A stretch of DNA of 24,000 nucleotides from Kordiimonas sp. SCSIO 12603 (GTDB taxonomy: Bacteria; Pseudomonadota; Alphaproteobacteria; Sphingomonadales; Kordiimonadaceae), in assembly GCF_024398035.1 (NCBI RefSeq), contig NZ_CP073748.1, forward strand, positions 1,377,520-1,401,519, read 5' to 3'. Every line of letters starts with the position of its first letter. The stretch's first letter is position 1. This document shows positions 8,482 through 16,069 of this stretch, in pieces. The translations under genes and the position numbers were made by a program. The notes under the pieces were generated by a model, which worked only from the letters and a program-made list of their open reading frames with translations, did not search any database and had not been told where the DNA came from.

Positions 8482-10809
8482 ATGTATATGTTGTTCGAGT
8501 ATTTTTGGTTAGGGTTGTTTCCGACGCTACCATTCAAGTTTTTTTTATATGTGTTGCAAAGTTTTTTGCAAATCGGTTGGGAGCTTTGGCTGGTTTCGCT
8601 GATATTGTTTAGTTCATCTTATTTGTTTTGCAAATCGTTTGTTGATGAAGAAAGTGATACGGCTGAGACCGATGGTTTTAAGATTTCCAATAAAACTATG
8701 GTGCACTCAGCTAGTGTAAACATATCTGAAGATAGGCTAGGCTATGCACTGTTTGCAAAAAAGATAGCTAGGGCACTTGAGAGGCCTGATAAAGGTGATG
8801 GTTTTGTAGTTGGAATTGAAGGAGGTTGGGGGATTGGAAAAACCACACTTATAAATTACGTAAAATTGTCATTTAAGTCAGAGACGAAGCATATCTCTTT
8901 CTCGCCTTGGTTGATAAGCGATAGAGATAAATTGATATACTCTTTGTTGATGGAGCTAGAGTATAAAATTCAAGAAGACAAACTTCTCCCATATAAAGAT
9001 ATTCAGTCGTTGAGGGATTATTCTCGACGTTTTTCGGAGCGTGTTGGGCCGATTGTGAAACTGATGGATACATTGAAAGCTTTGCCTTTCAGTATGGTGT
9101 CTTTTGATGCATTTACTAGTCTTTTGAAATCTGATCAAAAACCACTCGAAGATTTAAAGTCTGATGTTGTCTCCGGGTTACAGAAGTTACCAAATCATTT
9201 TATTATCTTTATTGATGACCTCGATCGTTTGGAACCCTCTGAGGTTGTTGAAGTTTTAAGAATGGTTAGGGCTGCCGTCGAGTTTCCAAACATAACATAT
9301 GTGTTTAGCTATGATGAAGATAACGTAGCAAAGGCGGTATCTAATCATTTCCAAATTGATAACGGTTACGATTATTTAGGGAAGATTATCAATGCAAAGT
9401 TTGTGGTGCCTAAGCCTGAACAAGATGATTTGCTGACTTGGTTTTTTGACGAATGTTATAGTTTGTATGAACAGGTGCTCGGCCTGACAAATCTTAGAAT
9501 TATCCGAACTGATTTGCTTGCGATAAGGAATTTAGTGAATTTAGAAACGCCTAGGCAGGTGTTGACACTAATAAACTCAATTAAAATGAGGTGGCCATCC
9601 GTAGCTGAAAATGTAAGTTTTCGCGATTTTATATGGTTGGAAGCAATTAAGTATGACAACCCAGTTTTATACAAAGCGATTGAATATTATGTGACAAGTT
9701 ATTTTAGAATTCAGGATACTAAGCACAAACGGATATGGATGGATCGGCTGAAAGATCAGGTACAAAAGGCATTTGATCCAGAACGTAGAACAGATGACTA
9801 TAGTAATGCCGCTCTCAGTATGCTTCTTCCGGGTTCTTCAGGAGGGAGCACATTACAGTTATTTGAGAATGAGAGCGAAACGAAAATTGTTGAAAATAGA
9901 CAATTTAAAAGACTAGCCAGTGTGAATTATTATAAGTATTTTTTCCTTCACGATGCAGGAATTGGTCATCTTTCCGATAGAGAATTCTCCGACGCTTTGA
10001 ACGCTCTGGAAACACGTGAAGGCGCGATAGAAGTATTACGCTTTTTAGGTGATGAAGTTCGCTCTAATGGTTCGACTAAGTTAGATAGTTTTTTGTACCG
10101 TATTCAAAACGAAGATATCAACCTCATCTCAAAAGATGTTGCGTGTAATATGATAATCGGACTGGCCGACTACATGGACGAATATCTCCTGAAGGATGGG
10201 AATGAGCATTGGGGGCGTATCCTTATATGGAGTGTTGCCACGGTTATCCTATCGAGGTTTATCAAGTTAGTTCAGGGTATTGAGCGTGGAAACTTATTGA
10301 TTGATATATGTAATAATCTTAAAGCAAAAAGTTGGTTTACTATAGATTTTCTGTGGAACGAAATGATAGCTCATGGTGAAACGGAGCATGCAAGTAAGCC
10401 TGAAGATCAGTGGTTGCTAAACTCTGAGGAGCTAAACTCGTTAAAGTGTTATCTGATCGATAACGTATACGAAAATATGTCCGAATCTATAGCAGATGTC
10501 CCACAGTTTTTTGACTATATCTACACTTGGTGGGAAATTCACCACCCATCTCTAAAAAAATGGTGGAATATGGTTTCGGTATCAGATGAAAAGGTTTTAG
10601 AAATATTATTGAGGTTACGTAATCTATCTACAGCAGAAATAAGGCCATTAGATATAGATCAAGTAAGAGCGTATTTCGATATACATGTAGGTCATTTACT
10701 CATAGGTATTAGCGATAGAAATCCTGGAAATCAGGAAATTCATAGAAAAATTAATATCTTAGATGCGGCTATAGAAGCCGGAAATAACCGAGTTTATAAA
10801 AAGAAATAA
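8482..10809 (+). CDS. Membrane-anchored KAP-family P-loop NTPase
   Basis: 775 aa. N-terminal hydrophobic segments (residues ~1-55), Walker A GIEGGWGIGKTTLINYV, Walker B HFIIFIDDLDRLEPSEVVEVLRMVRAAVEFPNITYVFSYDEDNVAKAV (KAP-like). ATG preceded by GTAGGTGGGG. Confidence 0.85.
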   Translation: MYMLFEYFWLGLFPTLPFKFFLYVLQSFLQIGWELWLVSLILFSSSYLFCKSFVDEESDTAETDGFKISNKTMVHSASVNISEDRLGYALFAKKIARALERPDKGDGFVVGIEGGWGIGKTTLINYVKLSFKSETKHISFSPWLISDRDKLIYSLLMELEYKIQEDKLLPYKDIQSLRDYSRRFSERVGPIVKLMDTLKALPFSMVSFDAFTSLLKSDQKPLEDLKSDVVSGLQKLPNHFIIFIDDLDRLEPSEVVEVLRMVRAAVEFPNITYVFSYDEDNVAKAVSNHFQIDNGYDYLGKIINAKFVVPKPEQDDLLTWFFDECYSLYEQVLGLTNLRIIRTDLLAIRNLVNLETPRQVLTLINSIKMRWPSVAENVSFRDFIWLEAIKYDNPVLYKAIEYYVTSYFRIQDTKHKRIWMDRLKDQVQKAFDPERRTDDYSNAALSMLLPGSSGGSTLQLFENESETKIVENRQFKRLASVNYYKYFFLHDAGIGHLSDREFSDALNALETREGAIEVLRFLGDEVRSNGSTKLDSFLYRIQNEDINLISKDVACNMIIGLADYMDEYLLKDGNEHWGRILIWSVATVILSRFIKLVQGIERGNLLIDICNNLKAKSWFTIDFLWNEMIAHGETEHASKPEDQWLLNSEELNSLKCYLIDNVYENMSESIADVPQFFDYIYTWWEIHHPSLKKWWNMVSVSDEKVLEILLRLRNLSTAEIRPLDIDQVRAYFDIHVGHLLIGISDRNPGNQEIHRKINILDAAIEAGNNRVYKKK

Positions 10810-10821
10810 TACGTTATTGAT

Positions 10822-12000
10822 TTACCCCAAAAACGTCTCAAGTCGTGCGGCGATGTTCTCACGCAAGTTCATATAAAACAGCGCCATATCCAGGTTATGG
10901 TAATTGCCGCCGAAAATGCCTGCATTGAGGGGCGCTTGCTCGGGTTTTGAGATTTTCAGGAAACCATGCTCATCAAGCTGGGCATCTGTGCCCGGCAGCA
11001 TGGGGCCGATAAGCCCGCTGCACTTAAGGCCGAGCGGAGTATCTGCACCTGCAGCGTACAGCTTTGGCAGCAAGTTCATATCATTTGGCACTGGTGTGCA
11101 GATGCCTTTGTGCAGGCTTTTATCTGCGTGGGCACCATCCGCTTTCCAGTTAAGGGGATTAATAGCTTTTACAGGCGTCGCCGCACGGCGGAACCAGCCT
11201 GATTTAGCCCAGTGTTCAGCCGCATCGGGTTGATGAAGGGCATCTGTGCCTTCAAGGAACGTGTCGTATGCCACAAACACGCCCGTATCATCCGCAGCTG
11301 TTGCAGGTGCAGCAATATGGGCCATATCTTTTACGTTTTCGTCTGTCACTTTAAAGCCGATCAGGTAGGCGGCGATAAAGCGTTCCTTAAGCGCGGGATC
11401 ATCAAATTCTTCTGCAAGCAGCCGCATAGCCATGGCGCAGCCCTGGCTGTGGCCCGCAATGAAAAACGGCCTGCCGCCATTTTCAACGTCAATGAAATGT
11501 TTGAATGCCCGGCGCACATCACGGAATGCGAGATCAAGGGCTGCGCGCCCGCTTTCACTTGGGTTGAAGAAAACTGAAAGGGTTGCCTGCCTGTAGCGCG
11601 GCGCGAAAATGCGGCAGCTGCCGTTAAAGATGCTGGCTTGCCCCGGCATGATTACATGGTCCACCACTTCATCAGCGCGGTTGCCGCCAATGGCTGCGTT
11701 CCATGTGCGGGTGCCTACATAAGTGGTGGGATGAATATAAAACACATCCGCCAGTGTATCTTCCGCGTTAGTGCGCTCAATACCTTCTGGCGTTAAGGCG
11801 GCGTTGCCTAGCTTGCCGGGTTTTGCGGCCCACATATCATCATCTGTATAGTCTGGCTCAAGTGGTGGTGTTTTTTCATCGAACGTATGGTTCGGGTGGA
11901 TGGCTTCCAGCCACAATTGCAAACTGGATTTACCGGATGCCTGAGTAGAAGATTTATGAGTAGAAGAATTACCAGAGGAAGTAACAGAAAGATCGTCCAC
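10822..12000 (-). CDS. DUF3089 domain-containing protein (alpha/beta-hydrolase-like)
   Basis: 392 aa; ADVFYIHPTTYVGTRTWNA, FFNPSESGRAALDLAFRDVRRAFKHFI, and PFFIAGHSQGCAMAMRLL (nucleophile elbow GHSQG). The exact start is uncertain. Confidence 0.85.
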   Translation of the reverse strand: MDDLSVTSSGNSSTHKSSTQASGKSSLQLWLEAIHPNHTFDEKTPPLEPDYTDDDMWAAKPGKLGNAALTPEGIERTNAEDTLADVFYIHPTTYVGTRTWNAAIGGNRADEVVDHVIMPGQASIFNGSCRIFAPRYRQATLSVFFNPSESGRAALDLAFRDVRRAFKHFIDVENGGRPFFIAGHSQGCAMAMRLLAEEFDDPALKERFIAAYLIGFKVTDENVKDMAHIAAPATAADDTGVFVAYDTFLEGTDALHQPDAAEHWAKSGWFRRAATPVKAINPLNWKADGAHADKSLHKGICTPVPNDMNLLPKLYAAGADTPLGLKCSGLIGPMLPGTDAQLDEHGFLKISKPEQAPLNAGIFGGNYHNLDMALFYMNLRENIAARLETFLG

Positions 12001-12081
12001 AAGAATACCCCAACCGAAAACGAATAAATGAATATTTGTCCATATAGGATGGAAAGCTTAAGATTCCACCCTCACAATGGT

Positions 12082-12636
12082 TTAAATTTTAATGGCCTGC
12101 ATGATAATGCGCCGATCTGTCTCGCCTACGCTACGGAACGGGTAACAGCTGACTAGCAGGATTTGCTCCGCCGCTGATTGCGGCACCGAAAGCGCATCTT
12201 TATGTGCCACCCACGCGCGGGTGAGACGAAAGCTTTCTTCAGCACCATCAAGGGTTTTAAAGGTGAGGATATCCCCGTCCTCAAGATGCTCTAGGAACGC
12301 GAAATGGGTATCCCGGTGCCCAAATACGATAGGGGTGCCGCTCACCTCAGCCATTACGGGGCCAAACGCGAGCGCGCGCATATTATCCCCTGCCAGCACA
12401 TAGTGGGTGATGCCTTTATCCGGCAGGCTGAGTTTCGCCACCGGGTGTGTGTCCGCCCATGACCACGGCTTTAGGGGCTTGCCCGTTTTCAGGCTTTCTT
12501 CCCATGCGGATTTCACCAGCACTGGGGCGAGGGCGGCCTTGGCAGCGATGATCGCACCGCCGCCAAGTTGCCACAGGCCAAGCGCTGTGAGGAGGGCAGC
12601 GCCAGCCATGATGGTTTTATGTTTCCTACGCTTCAC
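12082..12636 (-). CDS. Class GN sortase (proteobacterial sortase)
   Basis: 184 aa; N-terminal TM, catalytic His in PIVFGHRDTHFAFL, Cys in QILLVSCYPF, Arg in DRRIIMQ. Overlaps the end of the upstream target gene. Confidence 0.88.
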   Translation of the reverse strand: MKRRKHKTIMAGAALLTALGLWQLGGGAIIAAKAALAPVLVKSAWEESLKTGKPLKPWSWADTHPVAKLSLPDKGITHYVLAGDNMRALAFGPVMAEVSGTPIVFGHRDTHFAFLEHLEDGDILTFKTLDGAEESFRLTRAWVAHKDALSVPQSAAEQILLVSCYPFRSVGETDRRIIMQAIKI

Positions 12637-14743
12637 GGCGTGCCTCCCGGCGTAGCCACAAGATAAGCTCGGTGGCGAACAGCAGCAGGATAAAACCAGT
12701 GATCAGCTTCAGGTCTTTCATCGTGGCTGTTTGTGGGCCAGAGAAGTTTGACTGCGCCATCATTTGCGGTGCGCTAACACGGCGAAGTTTCATACCTTTC
12801 GGCAGGTTTTCAGGAACGATACTGTCTTGCGCTGAGGTGCCTTGCGGGCGGCTGATTTTTTCCTCTACTGCTACAAAGCTTGTATATTTGCTGACAATTT
12901 GGTGCGTGAGCGCTGTTTTCAGAATTTGTGCTTTTGCTTCTTCCTGCGGTAAGCCCCTGAGTGCGGCATCAGAAATGGCTTCCACTTTCTTGCGTGCCCA
13001 CAGTTTGCTGATACCTTTCCCGTTTTCCATGCGCTTTAGGCGTTCGCTGATCTTCCAGCGTTTGCTGTTTACGCTTTCGCCTTCAAGCCGGATTTTGCTG
13101 TCATCGGTTTTCACCACAAATACCGTTGGGCGGTTGCCGTATAAATCAGGAAGGCGTGTGGGATAAGCTTCAAACATACCGTTTCCTGAAAGCGTGAGTT
13201 TTTGAACGCTTGGGGCGGCCATGTTGCTGAACAACTCTTCCAGTGTTTTCTCCGCTTCCAGTGGATTATCAATTTGCGTGTGGATACCGCGGCCAAATTC
13301 AGCTGCCTTGCGCATAAACCAGCCGTTTGGTGCATTCCCGACACCAACAGTGAACAGGCGTGTGGTACCAAGCTTTTCTTCTACCAGCTTGAACATAGCT
13401 TCTTCGTAGCCAATAGCACCGTCTGTCAGGAACATGATCTGCGGTAGGCTTTTTTCATCGGCGGGAGCTGTTTGGTTCAAATCCAGTGCGTTCACAAGAG
13501 CGGGCATCATTTCGGTCCCACCATCTGCTTCCAAACCCAAAATATAATTTCTGGCTCGATTTACGTTTTCAGCGGTTGCTTGTTGTGTAGCACCAAATAA
13601 ACGACTGTAATCGTTATTGAATTTTATGATATCGAACCTGTCTTCCGTGCGCAGGCGGTCCACCGCTTCAAGAAGGGCACGTTTGGCCTGAACAATAGAG
13701 TGCCCATGCATAGAGCCTGATACATCAATGATAAATTGAATATCTCTTGGTGGTGATTTCTGTAGGCTTTCTTCCTTCTTTGGTGGAATAACTATGCCGA
13801 GAACATATGTGCCACTTTCGGTTTCTTCTTTTATAAACAGCGGTTTGGGTTTGCCCGCAGGTTTATACTCCCAGCGCAGGATAAAATCCCGGTCAGCTGG
13901 TTCGGTATCAGCCCGGAGCGTAATGTGATAGCGGTTTTCTTGCTCGGCAATCCGAATATCATGGCTGGGGCTGGTGAGTTTCTGAACAGCTGCACCAGGC
14001 GCCAAAAAAATATCAAAAACCGCCAAATTCCCAGCGTTTTGAGGATGGCGGTAAATGCCGTGTTTTTGGTGATGCGTAGCGAGCGCGCTTTTGGGTTCAG
14101 GTGTGGGTACCATATCTTCAAGTCGGTGGTACCGAGGTGTAATCGCCTGCGGTAGTTTCCAACTGAAAGTAAGGCCATTTTGCTCCGCATGGGTAATGAA
14201 GGAAATCTCTACCGTAATCACCGCACCCGGCGCCACATTCCCTACCTTTGAACTGAACATGTTTGGCCTTATCTGGCTGAGGAGGGCAGCTTTCTTGCCT
14301 TCTTTCACAGCCTGTTCGTAAATGCGTTTTGCTTCCTGCTTTTCCTTGATTTTTCCTTTGATACGTTTTTCGCCTACCAGCATTTCAAATGCATCAATAG
14401 CGGCAGTATCAGGAAGCGGGAAACGGTATGTGCCGTTAACCCACTGGTCGGTGGTATTCCTGAAGGATTGTTTGACGGTGGTGTAGGCGATGAAGCCGTT
14501 GATCTCTGTTTTCACCTCGCTTGAAAGCTGGAGGGCATCAAGCCATAACTGCGGCATGCCTTCATGCGGGATCGATTTTATTTCAAACCCACCTTCCTGC
14601 CAGCTTCTAAGTTGTTTCTGGTCAGAGCTTGCAGTTGGCGGTGATGTTTCATCCGCGAGTGCAGGTCGGGTGTTTAGAACAAGGCCGAAGGCGAGTGCGG
14701 CGGCTGTATAGGCATAGAGGAGAGGCTGTGAAAAGCGTAGCAT
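12626..14743 (-). CDS. Marine proteobacterial sortase target protein (VIT + VWA domains)
   Basis: 705 aa; signal peptide; VIT-like GFIAYTTVKQSFRNTTDQWVNGTYRFPLPDTAAIDAFEM; VWA MIDAS DIQFIIDVSGSMHGHSI; C-terminal PQTAT + hydrophobic helix LKLITGFILLLFATELILWL + basic tail RREARREA. Adjacent to the sortase. Confidence 0.9.
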   Translation of the reverse strand: MLRFSQPLLYAYTAAALAFGLVLNTRPALADETSPPTASSDQKQLRSWQEGGFEIKSIPHEGMPQLWLDALQLSSEVKTEINGFIAYTTVKQSFRNTTDQWVNGTYRFPLPDTAAIDAFEMLVGEKRIKGKIKEKQEAKRIYEQAVKEGKKAALLSQIRPNMFSSKVGNVAPGAVITVEISFITHAEQNGLTFSWKLPQAITPRYHRLEDMVPTPEPKSALATHHQKHGIYRHPQNAGNLAVFDIFLAPGAAVQKLTSPSHDIRIAEQENRYHITLRADTEPADRDFILRWEYKPAGKPKPLFIKEETESGTYVLGIVIPPKKEESLQKSPPRDIQFIIDVSGSMHGHSIVQAKRALLEAVDRLRTEDRFDIIKFNNDYSRLFGATQQATAENVNRARNYILGLEADGGTEMMPALVNALDLNQTAPADEKSLPQIMFLTDGAIGYEEAMFKLVEEKLGTTRLFTVGVGNAPNGWFMRKAAEFGRGIHTQIDNPLEAEKTLEELFSNMAAPSVQKLTLSGNGMFEAYPTRLPDLYGNRPTVFVVKTDDSKIRLEGESVNSKRWKISERLKRMENGKGISKLWARKKVEAISDAALRGLPQEEAKAQILKTALTHQIVSKYTSFVAVEEKISRPQGTSAQDSIVPENLPKGMKLRRVSAPQMMAQSNFSGPQTATMKDLKLITGFILLLFATELILWLRREARREA

Positions 14744-14834
14744 GATGATATCCCGTTCTGATCTGTTGGGATAACTCTGCCTATAGAATAGGGTGGTTGC
14801 CTGCCGAGATAGTGGCAGGCTTGAGAAACATTAA

Positions 14835-14866
14835 GGCGAACTCATGCCGAAGAAACGCAGTTCGCC
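14835..14866 (-). terminator. Hairpin/probable terminator downstream of the PEP-CTERM gene
   Basis: GGCGAACT (14835-14842) / AGTTCGCC (14859-14866), perfect 8-bp stem. On the minus strand it is followed by TTAATGTTTC (weak U-tract). Confidence 0.4.
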
Positions 14867-14875
14867 CTGTTTGCC

Positions 14876-15610
14876 TTATTTATGAATACGGCGATTTGTT
14901 TTCACACGAACAAGAGCAGGGCGCTGTTGACGGAAATATGCAAGACCAAACATAAGCGGAAGTAGAAGCAGGATCGCAGATGGTTCAGGCACTGCTGCTG
15001 GTTCAACCGTAATGGTGGTGGTTGCAAAACCGGTATCCCGTGCGCCGTTAATCTGTGGCTGATTACTGTTTGGAATAATCGTACAACCCGCTGGCTGGAA
15101 CGTAATCAGTGACGTGATTAAACCACAGTCGCCGCCCGGGGTAACAATATCGCCGTTTGCAAGTGCAACAAGCTCACCCTGAGGCAAGGTAATCGCCAAA
15201 CCAAGCAGGTAATTCCCCGGTGAAGAAAATACGGTACCGGCACCTGTTGCGAAGGTTGTTGTAAGGCCACCTGCAACATCGGCACCGCTGAATGTTGCAA
15301 TAATGTTCGCTGCCGTTAGTGCGGTTGCAGATGCTTCTGACGCATAATAGGTAAGCTCAAAGCTTGAAAGATCAGGGATGTCGCACAAACTCCAGCGAGG
15401 TTGCGTGCCAATGTTTGCACCTGTCACGGGGCCTTGAATAAGAGCGGAACCACAAGCGTTGATGGTAAGATCTTCACCAAGACCTACAGGCGCATATGTT
15501 CCTACATCAGAGAAGGTATCGGTGTAGAAATCAAATGTTCTTGCTTGTGCTGTTTCACCACTGAGGGCGAAACCAAAAAATGCAGCTGCAATAGCAATCT
15601 TCTTAAACAC
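14876..15610 (-). CDS. PEP-CTERM sorting-domain secreted protein
   Basis: 244 aa; signal peptide MFKKIAIAAAFFGFALSGETAQA; C-terminal VPEPSAILLLLPLMFGLAYFRQQRP (PEP motif, TM helix, basic residues). Confidence 0.85.
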   Translation of the reverse strand: MFKKIAIAAAFFGFALSGETAQARTFDFYTDTFSDVGTYAPVGLGEDLTINACGSALIQGPVTGANIGTQPRWSLCDIPDLSSFELTYYASEASATALTAANIIATFSGADVAGGLTTTFATGAGTVFSSPGNYLLGLAITLPQGELVALANGDIVTPGGDCGLITSLITFQPAGCTIIPNSNQPQINGARDTGFATTTITVEPAAVPEPSAILLLLPLMFGLAYFRQQRPALVRVKTNRRIHK

Positions 15611-16015
15611 GATAGTATCCTTTAGTTACTCGTGACCGTATGAATAAGTTTCACATCTTTAATATTTCTAATCTACATAGGTTGTATAAAGAAAAAGTAA
15701 AGAGCGTATTTGCAGAGATATAGGCGTTTTGTCTGGGAATGTACCGCGAAAAAAAGTGCCTAGCGTAAACGTGAGGTTATAGAGGGTATTACTAAACGGG
15801 TTTAAGCTATAGTTATGAAAGAGGTTTCTCTGCGATTTTCAGTTGGCCGCACTTTGAAAACATTTTACCGCAATTTCCACCTTTCACCGGAAAAGTATGG
15901 CATCAGCATCTCAGGGAAAGTGCAATAGTATAACCTGAACGGCATTATGCTTAAGTTTACAGAAGGGGTGAACTTAGGTTTTGTCCAAAGATAATATACA
16001 GGCCATCGCAAATCC

Positions 16016-16039
16016 GCTGTTTGAGTAAGGGCAAACAGC
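16016..16039 (+). promoter_or_regulatory. Leader hairpin upstream of the TonB-dependent receptor gene (function unknown)
   Basis: GCTGTTTG / CAAACAGC, perfect 8-bp stem with 8-nt loop AGTAAGGG. It lies ~30 nt upstream of the ATG at 16070; no T-run follows. Confidence 0.35.
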
Positions 16040-16069
16040 AAACTGTAATGATGCGAGAGCGAGGAAATA

